From Mycobacterium sp. (GTDB lineage: Bacteria; Actinomycetota; Actinomycetes; RYN-182), in contig JAOPWU010000149.1 in NCBI GenBank assembly GCA_025965515.1, positions 430 to 64,429 of the forward strand: DNA of 64,000 nucleotides. The letters run 5' to 3'. Positions within the stretch are counted from its first letter, which is position 1; every line of letters starts with the position of its first letter. A program made the position numbers and the translations under genes. Under the pieces are notes generated by a model, which was given only the letters and a program-made list of their open reading frames with translations, was not told the origin of the DNA and ran no database searches. Shown here piece after piece: positions 9,976 to 19,784 of the stretch.

Positions 9976-10866
9976 ATGGTTGAAGTACTGTTCGATACCG
10001 CGGTGCGGGGCAGCATCATCGCCCTGCTCGCAGTGGGACTCACCATGGTGCAGGGGACGCTGAAGTTCGCGAACGTGGCGCACGTCGAGTTTGCAACCCT
10101 TGGTGGGTACGCCGCCGTTGCCCTCACGGGGGCGGGGCTGGGCTTGATGGCCAGCTCCGTCCTCGCTGCGGTTATCGTCGCAGCGATCTCGGTACTGCTC
10201 AACCGAGTCCTGTTCCGCCGGCTCCTCAAGTCAGGGCCCATGATCGCTCTCATCGGGTCACTCGCGCTCTCCATCGTGACCAGGGCCCTACTCCAACTCA
10301 CCTACGGATCCAGGCCGCAGTACCTGCCGGTCCCACTCGAGCGTGGGATGAGCTTCCGCGGCGTCCTCATCACGCCAAGCCAGGTGTGGCTGATCATCAT
10401 CTCCGTCGGACTGCTAGCGCTCTTAGTGCTCTTGCTCAAGTTCACGTCGCTCGGGCGCGCCGTCCGCGCTGTTGCCGCAAACCCGGAGCTTGCCGACGTA
10501 TCGGGGATCAACCAGAAGCGCGTGACCGACGTTGTATGGGTGCTCTCGAGTGCTCTTGCCGCCGTCGCGGGAATCCTGTTGGCTATTGGTTCAGCAGTCG
10601 GAATCGAGCTCGGCTTCAACTTACTGCTTCCCGTCTTCGCGGCGGCTATCGTGGGTGGCCTCGGCTCGGTAGGGGGCGCCATAATCGCGGCCTACGTGCT
10701 CGCCTTTGCCGAATCGCTGGTACTCCAAGTCAACTGGGGAGCCGCCCTCGGGGCCTCTTACCACGTCGATGTCAGCTACCGGCCCGCTGTTGGGTTCCTG
10801 CTTCTCGTCGTTATGCTCGCATTCCGCCCGCAGGGCCTCATGGGAAGGGCGGTGCGCCGTGGTTAA
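9976..10866 (+). CDS. livH: branched-chain amino acid ABC transporter permease LivH
   Basis: Internal ATG (residue 65 of ORF 9784..10866); polytopic membrane protein; LivH-like VLSSALAAVAGILLA region. Confidence 0.8.
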   Translation: MVEVLFDTAVRGSIIALLAVGLTMVQGTLKFANVAHVEFATLGGYAAVALTGAGLGLMASSVLAAVIVAAISVLLNRVLFRRLLKSGPMIALIGSLALSIVTRALLQLTYGSRPQYLPVPLERGMSFRGVLITPSQVWLIIISVGLLALLVLLLKFTSLGRAVRAVAANPELADVSGINQKRVTDVVWVLSSALAAVAGILLAIGSAVGIELGFNLLLPVFAAAIVGGLGSVGGAIIAAYVLAFAESLVLQVNWGAALGASYHVDVSYRPAVGFLLLVVMLAFRPQGLMGRAVRRG

Positions 10867-11755
10867 TTACCTGCTCGGGGTCGGCATCCTCGCCGCTGTC
10901 TACTCGATCAACGCGCTAAGCCTGAACCTCCAGGTCGGTATCACTGGCCTTTTGAACTTCGGTCAGGTCGCCTTCGTCGGCATCGGGGCCTACAGCGTCG
11001 CCATCCTCGACCGCCATGGTGTTCCATGGTTTTTAGGCTTTCTCGTAGGCGGGCTCCTGGCTGGCATCGCGGGAGCCCTCGTCGGCCGTCTCGGTCGCAC
11101 GCTCGCCAGTGATTACTGGGCGATCGCCACCTTGGCGCTCGCCGAGCTTGTCCGGCTAGTCGCCCTTAACCAAGACGGGCTCACCGGCGGCGCTCAGGGT
11201 ATCAGCGCAGTGACTGGCGTCTGGACTGATCTTTCTGGCACAACACGCGACGCTGCGACCTTCTTGAGCATCCTCGCGTTGCTCGGCGTCTCCTACCTTG
11301 CCGCTTCCCGGCTGAGGAAGGGCCAGTTCGGGAGGGTCCTGGTGCTCATCCGCGAGAATCCAGATCTCGCCGCCAGCCTCCGCCACGATGTGGTCAGTGC
11401 CAAGACCAGAGTGATGGCTGTGTCCGCGGTCATGGCATCGGTGACCGGCGGTTTCTACGCGATGTACATCTCGTTTATCGGGGCGGGCCAGTTGCTGCCG
11501 TTCGCGACGTTCCTGATCTTCACGATGGTCGTCGTCGGCGGGTTGGCCAACACGACTGGTGCGGTCGTAGGTGCGGTCCTCGTCACCGTCCTCTATGACG
11601 GCACGCGCTTCTTGCCGGACCTGATCAGCATGTCTCCCGACCAGGCCGCTGGAGTACGTATTCTCGTGGTCGGCGTTGTCCTCCTCGGATTCCTGCTACT
11701 GCGAACCGAGGGCCTCGTTCCGGAGAAGGTGAGGGCGGCTCATGCTCGTCGCTAA
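10859..11755 (+). CDS. livM: branched-chain amino acid ABC transporter permease LivM
   Basis: GTG overlapping livH 3' end; hydrophobic polytopic protein with LivM-like NFGQVAFVGIGAY motif. Confidence 0.75.
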   Translation: MVNYLLGVGILAAVYSINALSLNLQVGITGLLNFGQVAFVGIGAYSVAILDRHGVPWFLGFLVGGLLAGIAGALVGRLGRTLASDYWAIATLALAELVRLVALNQDGLTGGAQGISAVTGVWTDLSGTTRDAATFLSILALLGVSYLAASRLRKGQFGRVLVLIRENPDLAASLRHDVVSAKTRVMAVSAVMASVTGGFYAMYISFIGAGQLLPFATFLIFTMVVVGGLANTTGAVVGAVLVTVLYDGTRFLPDLISMSPDQAAGVRILVVGVVLLGFLLLRTEGLVPEKVRAAHARR

Positions 11756-12536
11756 TGGAGTCGAGAAGCACTTTGCCGGCGTCGCGGCATTGGACGGTGC
11801 GTCGATCGAGGTTCGGCCGGGCGAGTCGGTTGGCCTCGTCGGTCCGAACGGTTCGGGTAAAAGTACCTTGCTCAACGTCGTCTCGGGATTCGAGCGTCCT
11901 AACGCTGGTACCGTTACCCTGTTCGGTAAAAACGTCACTGCCAGGGAACCGTGGGACGTCGCGAAGCTCGGTCTAGTGCGGACCTTCCAGCACGCAAAAC
12001 TGCCGACCCGCATGAGCGTCATGGATCTTATGCTCACTGGTGGCCACCTTGCCAAGGGCGAAACCGTCCGTGCCTCCATCTTCGCCCGGAAGGGGGTACG
12101 GGACGAGGAATCCCGCGCGACCGACAAGGCGTGGGACATTCTCGAGAGAATCAAGCTGGACGGACTGGCGAGTCACGCGGGCGGCAAGCTGTCTGGGGGA
12201 CAACAAAAGCTGCTAAGCCTCGGGATGGCGCTCATGGGCGACCCTAAGATCCTGTTGCTCGACGAGCCAACGGCCGGCGTTAACCCGAGCCTGCGAGTCC
12301 AACTCGCAGGGCACCTTCGCAAACTCCAGACCGAGGGCGTCACACTCCTTACAGTTGAGCACGACATGAGATTCGTCGCCGACGTATGCGACCGAGTCTA
12401 CGTCCTTGACCGCGGCCGGATGATCGCCGATTGCTCCCCCTCGGAACTGGCGGAGCACCCCGAAGTGCTTGAGGCCTATCTGGGACGAAGCGGAAGCAAG
12501 GCCGTCGCGGGCCGCGCGGACCGGAAGGACCACTAA
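11742..12536 (+). CDS. livG: branched-chain amino acid ABC transporter ATP-binding protein LivG
   Basis: Walker A GPNGSGKST; signature LSGGQQKLLSLG; Walker B LLLDEP; overlaps livM end. Confidence 0.85.
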   Translation: MLVANGVEKHFAGVAALDGASIEVRPGESVGLVGPNGSGKSTLLNVVSGFERPNAGTVTLFGKNVTAREPWDVAKLGLVRTFQHAKLPTRMSVMDLMLTGGHLAKGETVRASIFARKGVRDEESRATDKAWDILERIKLDGLASHAGGKLSGGQQKLLSLGMALMGDPKILLLDEPTAGVNPSLRVQLAGHLRKLQTEGVTLLTVEHDMRFVADVCDRVYVLDRGRMIADCSPSELAEHPEVLEAYLGRSGSKAVAGRADRKDH

Positions 12537-13255
12537 TGAGCATCGAACTGCGTGGAGTCACCGCGGGCTACGTGAAGGATGTGGCGGTTGTCCGCGACAT
12601 CGACGTGCACGTACCGACCAAGGCCATCTCGACGATCATCGGGCCCAACGGGTCCGGCAAAAGCACCCTCCTTCGCTCGGTCGTCGGGCAGACACCCCAC
12701 ACCAGCGGGTCCATTCTTGTGGACGGCACCGAGGTGACAGGTGTCTCGGCGCATCGAAGGACTATCGAGCACAAGGTGGCCTTCGTACCCCAGGTAGCCA
12801 ATGTGTTCGGTCCCTTGACCATCGTCGAGAACCTTGAGGTCGGAGGTGCCCGGCTTGCACGCAAGCAGAGGCGTCAGCGCATCACTGAGCTGCTCGACAC
12901 TTACCCAGATCTTGCCGCGAAGAGGCGGGTACGCGCGGAATCTTTGTCCGGAGGCCAACGTCAACTGCTCGCGCTGGCCCGAGCACTGATGACCAGTCCA
13001 ACGACGCTGCTGCTCGACGAGCCCTCCGCTGGTCTGTCCCCGGCAATGATGGACTCGATGTTCGACGCCGTGCGGAACACGCGTGACGCGCATGGAGTCA
13101 CCGTGCTTCTCGTGGAGCAGAACGCAGTCCAGTCCCTCGAGATATCCGACTTCGGTGTTGTCCTAGTGGCCGGTGAGCTCGCTATGCACGGGCCGGCGCA
13201 GGACATCCTGTCCGACCCGAGCGTCGGTCGGCTGTACCTCGGCCTCGTTGGCTAA
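12536..13255 (+). CDS. livF: branched-chain amino acid ABC transporter ATP-binding protein LivF
   Basis: Walker A GPNGSGKST; signature LSGGQRQLLALARAL; Walker B LLLDEPS; TAATG overlap with livG. Confidence 0.85.
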   Translation: MSIELRGVTAGYVKDVAVVRDIDVHVPTKAISTIIGPNGSGKSTLLRSVVGQTPHTSGSILVDGTEVTGVSAHRRTIEHKVAFVPQVANVFGPLTIVENLEVGGARLARKQRRQRITELLDTYPDLAAKRRVRAESLSGGQRQLLALARALMTSPTTLLLDEPSAGLSPAMMDSMFDAVRNTRDAHGVTVLLVEQNAVQSLEISDFGVVLVAGELAMHGPAQDILSDPSVGRLYLGLVG

Positions 13256-13804
13256 ACGCTCAAAACCCGCGACGAATCCACCGTCGACCGTCGGACTACC
13301 CCCCGAGGAGCGAGCGAGTCTCCCGCGGAGTGGGGCGCATCTAAGGAGGCACGCGCCTGAGATGCGAATTCTCACGATCAAGGGGAGCGCGCGAGGCTCG
13401 AGGAGGCGGCCCAGTCTCTGTGCGTTGACACTGGTCAGATCGCGAAAGCGCTCGTAAACGACGCATGCGGCGCGTCCTGTTACTCCTCACCAGTGGCATT
13501 GCACGTTTGGACAACAGGAATCCCACGAGCGGTTCGGCGTGCGCCCACGACTACTGCCGGCGGGGGAAGGCCGTCGCGCTCACGGGCCACCCACTCGGAG
13601 GGATCGAACCCTTCGGGCGCACGACGCTCATCCCCACTTACTGTGACCAGGGCTTGCGCGCCTTCTACGTTGTGTACACCCTTGGCGGCAGTCGAACTCG
13701 AGTCGTCGAGCTTGCCCCGCATCTCCTCACGACCCTCGTTGGGGTTGCGGGGTCGACGTTCGCCGCTAGGGCAGCGTAGCGAATCTCCGAGCGTCCCGCG
13801 TCGG

Positions 13805-14443
13805 TCATCGCAACTTTCTGAGGGTGATCTCAAGAGCATCCATCACGTGTTCACGGGCCGCTTTCGCAGCGTCGTCACCGCTCCGCCTCTTAACAGCCTG
13901 AAGTAGTCTCTCATGCTCGGCGACTGCGAGCGCAGCCTCTTCGTGGGAGTACAACTTGGCGATGTTGTAGTTGAAGAAGTGCTCCGAGTTTCGGGAGTTG
14001 ATATTGTGAAGCCGCGGGTTACCGGCGGCGATCATTATTGACTCGTGGAAGGCGTCGTTCAAGTCGACGATGACATCTCGCGGACTCGCCGCGGCCGCCG
14101 TCGTGTGAGCTCCGAGGTTCTCCAGCGCTTCGATCTGGGCATCCGTGGCTCGCTCCGCTGCCAGGCGGGCGGCCATGTCCTCCAGGGCGGCACGGACCTC
14201 GTAGATGTGTCGTACTTCCTCGGGCGAGTGCTCGCGCACCACGAAGCCGCGACCGGTAGCGACGACTAGTCCTTCGCTGGCGAGCAACTGCAGCGCCTCA
14301 CGAATCGGCGTCCGGGAGATCTCCAGCTTCTGGGCCAGGTCATGGGCGACTAGATGCACGTTCGGCCGGAAGCGGCCCTCGATGATGTCGTTCCTGATCC
14401 TGCGGTGCGCTTCCTCGGTGAGGGAGACGGCTGTATCTGTCAT
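13805..14443 (-). CDS. GntR family transcriptional regulator (FadR subfamily, FCD domain)
   Basis: Start at Met 24 of ORF 13805..14512; N-terminal wHTH (LAQKLEISRTPIREALQLLASEGLV) and C-terminal FCD ligand domain; divergent from the downstream flavin oxidoreductase. Confidence 0.8.
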   Translation of the reverse strand: MTDTAVSLTEEAHRRIRNDIIEGRFRPNVHLVAHDLAQKLEISRTPIREALQLLASEGLVVATGRGFVVREHSPEEVRHIYEVRAALEDMAARLAAERATDAQIEALENLGAHTTAAAASPRDVIVDLNDAFHESIMIAAGNPRLHNINSRNSEHFFNYNIAKLYSHEEAALAVAEHERLLQAVKRRSGDDAAKAAREHVMDALEITLRKLR

Positions 14444-14571
14444 CGGCGTGGTCGCCTTTCGGGGGATACTTGCGGTGTTCCCTGCCACACGATACCGTAC
14501 GCCAGTCTGCATGCAGCAGTGTATGCACTAGCCGTCACCGCGGTTCGTCGGGCGATCGAGAGGTGGGAACG
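14444..14571. promoter_or_regulatory. divergent promoter/operator region with palindromes CTGCATGCAG and AGTGnnnnCACT
   Basis: Perfect 10-bp palindrome and an adjacent inverted repeat lie between the GntR gene and the divergent oxidoreductase; FadR-type regulators bind short GT...AC palindromes. Confidence 0.3.
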
Positions 14572-16563
14572 ATGGACGAGCGCCATGCCGAATACCCAAT
14601 CCTGTTCTCACCGCTTCAGGTCGGTCCGCTGAACTTGAAGAACCGGATCGTTAACTCAGCGCATCAGACGGGGTTCGCCCGTGGCGGCGCCTATACTGAG
14701 CAACTCATCGAGTACCACCGAGAGCGGGCTTCTGGCGGCGCGGCGCTGATAGTGTCGCAAGCTACCTCGGTAACGGGTGACTACCTAGACCTGTACAACG
14801 CCAACGACAGTGTCGTCCCGGCCTACAGGGCCGTTGCCGACGCCGTTGGAGAGTTCGGCGCGCTCTACAGCGCAGAACTGTACCACCCGGGCAGTCAGGG
14901 GGAGTACACCGGTCGCGGCGCGGACGTCTTCGTCGGGCCGTCCAGCGCTCCCGCCAGTTACCTTGGCGGCCGCTGGCGTGTTACCCATGAGCTGACGGAA
15001 GCTGAAATCCTAACGATCGTCGACTCCTTCGCCGCCGCCGCCCGGCGGTGCCGCGAGGGCGGCGTGGCCGGCATCGAGCTGCATTTTGCGCACGGCAACC
15101 TGGTTGAGCAGTTTATGTCCCCGAGGACCAACCACCGCACCGACGGGTGGGGGGGTGAACTTGAGAACCGGCTTCGAGTTGCCGAGCTCATCGGACGTGC
15201 CGTCCGTGAAGCCGCAGGTCCCGACATGGCCGTCGGTGCCCGCATGACCGCCGCCGGCCTTGACAAAGGTGAACCAAGTGACTTGGACATGGCCGAGGTC
15301 ATTGGCACGATCGGCACCTGGGGGATTCTTGACTACGTGAGCTTAACCATGGGCCACTACTCCGACGCCCTCAACACCGCCCGCAACATCCCAAACATGA
15401 CGTTCGCCCCTGGGCTGTGGGGAAAGTATGGCCGCCAGATCAAAAGCGTCCTCGACGTCCCCGTCTTCATGGTCGGCCGTGTCAACCACCCGCGCATCGC
15501 CGAAGACTTGCTCGAGATGGGGGCCTGCGACGCGGTCGTCATGGCCCGCGCGCTCATCGCCGACCCGCACTTGCCCGAGAAGGCCCGGACCGGCCGCACC
15601 GACCGAATCCGTCCGTGCATTGGGGCGATGAACTGCATGGACAGCCTAGAGAAGGGCCATGGCATTCGCTGCATTCATAATCCCCGCGTCGGTCATGAGC
15701 TCGACATGCGTGAAGAGGTCGAGCGCGGTGACGGCGGCAAGCGTGTCCTGGTCATCGGGGGTGGGCCCGCCGGCCTTGAGTCGGCTCGTGTAGCAGCCAT
15801 CCGCGGCCACGATGTCACCCTGTTCGAGTCCGCGAGCAAGGTCGGCGGTCAGGCGTTGACCGCTTCCAAGACCCCTGGCCGCGGGGAACTATCTTCGCTC
15901 GTTGCGTGGCTGGAGCAGGAATGCACTGAGGCGGGCGTCGACATACGTACTGGTCAGGAAGCCACCCCGGAAACTATCGCGGCCGCCAGCCCGGATCTGA
16001 TCGTCGTCGCGACCGGCTCCGGCTATCCAGCCAGCCCCGTACCCGACGCCGACTTCAAGGCCGCAGACATTGAGAAGTTGCACGCGAACGTCCGTGTTGT
16101 CGGCATTGACGCGGCTCTCGCAGGCGAGGTCACCGGCCGCGTGGCCATCTACGACGCGGTCGCCGACTGGCCAGGCTTCAACGCCGCCCGGGTCCTTGCC
16201 GAGAAGGGCTGTCAGGTCCGGTATCTGACGCCCGAGCAGTACCCCGGATCCGCGCTCGAGGTCACCAACTGGCGCCTCGAATACCAAGCCCTCAGCGAGC
16301 GGGGCGTGGAGTTCATTCCCGTGACGCAAGTAGTCGGCTCCGAGCCAGGCGCGCTCCTGGTGCGCCGCGGATACGTCCCTGAGACTCAGACGCTCGCCGA
16401 CATTGAGACACTCGTGTGGATCGGCGCCCCGACCCCGCGGTCCCAACTGCATGACTCGCTGGCGGCGGTCGAAGCGACGGTCATCACCGTCGGCGACGCC
16501 TACGCGCCGCGGAGCATTGAGCAGGCCATCCTCGACGCCCGTCTGTCCCTGCACAACATCTGA
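14572..16563 (+). CDS. NADH:flavin oxidoreductase, OYE-like TIM barrel fused to FAD/NAD(P)-binding domain (2,4-dienoyl-CoA reductase / trimethylamine dehydrogenase family)
   Basis: Start at Met 35 (GAGG RBS); N-terminal Old Yellow Enzyme fold (FSPLQVGPLNLKNRIV...HFAHGNLVEQF); C-terminal GGGPAGLE Rossmann motifs. Confidence 0.8.
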   Translation: MDERHAEYPILFSPLQVGPLNLKNRIVNSAHQTGFARGGAYTEQLIEYHRERASGGAALIVSQATSVTGDYLDLYNANDSVVPAYRAVADAVGEFGALYSAELYHPGSQGEYTGRGADVFVGPSSAPASYLGGRWRVTHELTEAEILTIVDSFAAAARRCREGGVAGIELHFAHGNLVEQFMSPRTNHRTDGWGGELENRLRVAELIGRAVREAAGPDMAVGARMTAAGLDKGEPSDLDMAEVIGTIGTWGILDYVSLTMGHYSDALNTARNIPNMTFAPGLWGKYGRQIKSVLDVPVFMVGRVNHPRIAEDLLEMGACDAVVMARALIADPHLPEKARTGRTDRIRPCIGAMNCMDSLEKGHGIRCIHNPRVGHELDMREEVERGDGGKRVLVIGGGPAGLESARVAAIRGHDVTLFESASKVGGQALTASKTPGRGELSSLVAWLEQECTEAGVDIRTGQEATPETIAAASPDLIVVATGSGYPASPVPDADFKAADIEKLHANVRVVGIDAALAGEVTGRVAIYDAVADWPGFNAARVLAEKGCQVRYLTPEQYPGSALEVTNWRLEYQALSERGVEFIPVTQVVGSEPGALLVRRGYVPETQTLADIETLVWIGAPTPRSQLHDSLAAVEATVITVGDAYAPRSIEQAILDARLSLHNI

Positions 16564-16603
16564 CCGACACCGCTGCAAAACCGCCGCCAACGAGAGGTCA
16601 CCT

Positions 16604-17842
16604 GTGTCCGCCTACCACTGGCCCGACCGCGTCGAAGACCTCCGCGTCCGCACCCGTGAGTTTATCCGCGACGTCGTCATCCCACGGGAACCCGTGCCGG
16701 GGGAGCGGATGGGCGCCCAGACCCGCGCCGAGCTCCAGCAAGCCGCCAAGGACGCAGGCGTATTCGCCCCACACGTACCGACCGAGTTCGGCGGACAGGG
16801 CCTGGAACTCGGGTGGTGGTCGCCAGTATTGCAGGAAGCCGGCTACTCCCCGATCGGCCCCAGCGCTCTGAACTGCATGGCGCCGGACGAAGGCAACATG
16901 CACATGCTTAATATGATAGCCACGCCCGAACAGAAGCAGCAGTTCCTCGTGCCACTCGCCTCGGGCCACGTCCGGTCGTGCTTCGGGATGACTGAGCCAC
17001 ACCCCGGTGCCGGCTCTGATCCGGACGCGCTGCGGACTATCGCGACCCGGAACGACAACGGTTGGGTCATCGAAGGCCATAAGAGGTTCATCAGTGGCGC
17101 CATCGGCGCCGCATTCTGCATCGTTATGGCCCGCACCGAAGCCACCGACGACGCGCCTGCGGGCGCGACGATGTTCCTGGTCCCGATGGACACCGCCGGC
17201 GTCAGGATCGGTGAACCCATCCACACCATCGACCGCTACATCGACGGCGGCCACCCCCACCTGTACTTCGACGCCGTCCAAGTACCCGAGGACGCCGTCC
17301 TCGGCGAGGTCGGTCGTGGCTTCCGTTACGCGCAGGTGCGGCTTGGCCCGGCGCGCCTCACCCACTGCATGCGATGGCTAGGACTCGCGCGTCGATCGCT
17401 CGACATCGCTCTCGACCGGGCCGACACCCGCAGCCTGTTCGGTAGGCCGCTGCGCGAGCTCGGCCTCGCCCAGAACCTCATCGCCGAGTCCGTCATCGAC
17501 ATCGAGACCGCGGACGCCATCATCGCCAAGGCAGCTGCGCTGCTGGAGTCCGATCCAAAGCGTGGCTCCGCGATGTCGTCGGTCGCCAAGGTGTACTGCT
17601 CCGAATCGATTTACCGCGTCATCGACCGCGCCGTGCAACTCTGCGGCGGCGACGGCGTCTCCGACGGCCTGCCGCTTGCGCAGTACCTCAACGACGTACG
17701 CCCTTTTCGCATCTACGACGGACCGAACGAGACCCACAAGTGGGCGATTGCCCGCCGCGCCAGCGCTGCGCGCTCCCGCTCGATCGACAGGGGAGCCCTA
17801 CCCATGGGCGAGGCAATCGTCCGAGCCGACGAGCGCGGGTGA
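16604..17842 (+). CDS. acyl-CoA dehydrogenase
   Basis: GTG with GAGAGG RBS; ACAD N/M/C domains (GMTEPHPGAGSDP; C-terminal QLCGGDGVSDGLPLAQYLNDVRPFRIYDGPNE). Confidence 0.85.
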   Translation: MSAYHWPDRVEDLRVRTREFIRDVVIPREPVPGERMGAQTRAELQQAAKDAGVFAPHVPTEFGGQGLELGWWSPVLQEAGYSPIGPSALNCMAPDEGNMHMLNMIATPEQKQQFLVPLASGHVRSCFGMTEPHPGAGSDPDALRTIATRNDNGWVIEGHKRFISGAIGAAFCIVMARTEATDDAPAGATMFLVPMDTAGVRIGEPIHTIDRYIDGGHPHLYFDAVQVPEDAVLGEVGRGFRYAQVRLGPARLTHCMRWLGLARRSLDIALDRADTRSLFGRPLRELGLAQNLIAESVIDIETADAIIAKAAALLESDPKRGSAMSSVAKVYCSESIYRVIDRAVQLCGGDGVSDGLPLAQYLNDVRPFRIYDGPNETHKWAIARRASAARSRSIDRGALPMGEAIVRADERG

Positions 17843-18927
17843 TGCAGACCCAGCCGGACGGCCACGAGGTCGTCAGAAGCTTCGCTGAGGCCACGAGCTT
17901 ACAACTGGCTCCGCTTCTCGTCCTCGACCACCTAACCGATTACCTCGACCGCAAGGGGCTCGGACGTGGTGGCCTAGCGTGGCAGCGCATCGGCGACGGC
18001 CAGTCCAACATCACCTACCGCATCGCCCGCGGCCAGGACTCCTTCGTTCTTCGCCGTGGGCCCCGCCCGCCGCACCCGCCCTCGACCCACGACATGGTTC
18101 GAGAGGCGAGGACCCAAAGAGTCCTGCGCGCCCAAGGGGTGGCGGCTCCCGAGATCCTCGACATCTGCGAGGACACCAGCGTGCTAGGCGTGCCGTTCTA
18201 TGTCATGAGCTGGCTCGACGGCGTGGTCCTCACGCAGAGCGCTCCCGACGCACTCAACACTCCCGAGGAGCGCTGCCGCACGAGCGTCGAACTGGTCCGC
18301 GCACTTGCCAACCTGCATGCCGTCGACGTTTCCCGCGGCCCAGCCTCCAAACTGGGCAGACCGACCGGCTACCTCGAGCGCCAGATCGACCGGTTCAGCC
18401 AACTCTGGGAGCTCAACGCCACCAGAGACCTCCCAGGCATATCCGAGGTTGCGACGTGGCTGAACAGCAACCGGCCCGAGAGCCAGACCGTGTCTGTCGT
18501 CCACGGTGACTACCGTCTTGGCAACATCATGTTCAAGAGCAGTGCGCCGGCTGGTGTGCTGGCAATCCTCGACTGGGAGCTCGCGACGCTCGGTGACCCA
18601 CTCGCGGATGTCGGTTACCTCACCGCCACCTACACCGATCCTGGCAGCCCCCCCATCCCACTCAATCTCAGCCCAGTAACGGCCCAACCCGGATATCTGC
18701 GTAGCGAAGACCTCATCCGTGTCTATCAAGATCACAGTGATCTCGATCTGAGCGGGCTCGTCTGGTATCAAACCCTCGCACTGTGGAAGGCCGCAATCTT
18801 CTGCGAAGCTATCCACGCGCGTTGGATCAACGGGGAACGGCCGGGTGACACTACTTTCGGACCGTCCCTTGCGGCGGGCGTACCGGCATTGCTGCACGCT
18901 GCACAGACCTACCAGCGCCGCCTCTAG
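17842..18927 (+). CDS. phosphotransferase family protein (APH/choline-kinase-like fold, ACAD-associated)
   Basis: GTGATG stop-start overlap with ACAD; Brenner motif HGDYRLGNIMF; DWELATLGDPLADVGY (DxE/D motif). Confidence 0.75.
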   Translation: MQTQPDGHEVVRSFAEATSLQLAPLLVLDHLTDYLDRKGLGRGGLAWQRIGDGQSNITYRIARGQDSFVLRRGPRPPHPPSTHDMVREARTQRVLRAQGVAAPEILDICEDTSVLGVPFYVMSWLDGVVLTQSAPDALNTPEERCRTSVELVRALANLHAVDVSRGPASKLGRPTGYLERQIDRFSQLWELNATRDLPGISEVATWLNSNRPESQTVSVVHGDYRLGNIMFKSSAPAGVLAILDWELATLGDPLADVGYLTATYTDPGSPPIPLNLSPVTAQPGYLRSEDLIRVYQDHSDLDLSGLVWYQTLALWKAAIFCEAIHARWINGERPGDTTFGPSLAAGVPALLHAAQTYQRRL

Positions 18928-19171
18928 AAGGCGGGGCCGGGACCCGTTAGCGATGGGCGAGTTCTACGGCGAATCCGCGTGTCGTCGCCCTGGGCCCAGT
19001 TCTCAGCTGTCGCCGACACCGGCGGGCGGAGGATGTCAGCGTCTCTGTGCAAGCGCGTGACCGGTTGATGTATGTCAGGCCCTGGTCGAGGCGGCCGGGG
19101 AGCATGAAATGGCATTCGTTGGAGGCACCTTCCAGCTGAAGTTGGATCGTCCTCGTGATCGTTGACCGCAT

Positions 19172-19560
19172 ATGTCGGCGAGCCGTGACTTCCTTGCACC
19201 CAGGCCGAGGTGCCGTGCCTCAGAGTTCCTGGCAGGACCCGTGGCTTGCTGGTTTGACCTGAGGAGTCCGATCGTCAAATGGCGAGTCCGCCTGTGTTCG
19301 TGCTGTCGATCGTGGACGACGAGGCCCGTCGCCGAGGCGGCGCGGCGGGCGACCCGTGAGGCTCAGCTGGAAGCCGAGGTCACCGAGCTGATCCAGGCTC
19401 TGGGTGAGGCTGCGGCCGGCCCGCGAGCGTGTCCGTGACGTCGCGCTCCGGCGCGCGCTGGCCCACCCGTCGCGGGGACACCGCAAAGTCTGGGCGATGT
19501 GCCGCCTGGGCGGGTACCGGCTCTCTCCCAGACCACCGCGATGCGGCTCCTGCGGGACGC
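19172..19560 (+). pseudogene. decayed IS3-family transposase remnant (OrfA C-terminal zipper-like segment plus frameshifted OrfB N-terminus; no DDE domain)
   Basis: Frame 1 ends ...REAQLEAEVTELIQALGEAAAG; frame 2 gives RDVALRRALAHPSRGHRKVWAMCRLGGYRLS, resembling the IS3 OrfB N-terminal consensus (..AIHRESRGTYGSPRIHAELR..G.RVSRKRVARLM); sits in an 850-bp gene-poor stretch. Confidence 0.3.
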
Positions 19561-19784
19561 AGGCTGCTGCTGCAGGCCAGCTAGCACCGCGAAACGCCGA
19601 GCGGCGCAACCCGTCCCGCGACGTCCACCTCGGCCTGGCCGACCCCCTCATTCCCAACTTCCCCGAGAGCACAAATCTGCCGACTGCTCCACGCCGGACA
19701 CAACGGCCAACGCGGCCGACGAAGGGATCCTGATTACGCCGAAGGCCGAAGGCCGCTAACATCGGCCAACATGAGCCGACCACC

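Noticed and set aside
13578-13596. GGGTTCGATCC T-loop-like string suggesting a minus-strand tRNA
   Set aside because: Flanking bases give only about 3 bp of T-stem and no acceptor stem/CCA, anticodon arm or D-arm by eye. Likely chance. Should still be run through tRNAscan-SE.
13256-13804. tmRNA or RNase P RNA in the long livF-GntR gap
   Set aside because: No tag-peptide reading frame ending in ...ALAA-stop, no GGAAAGTCCGG P4 element, and no 5' GGGG...3' CCA pairing found on either strand.
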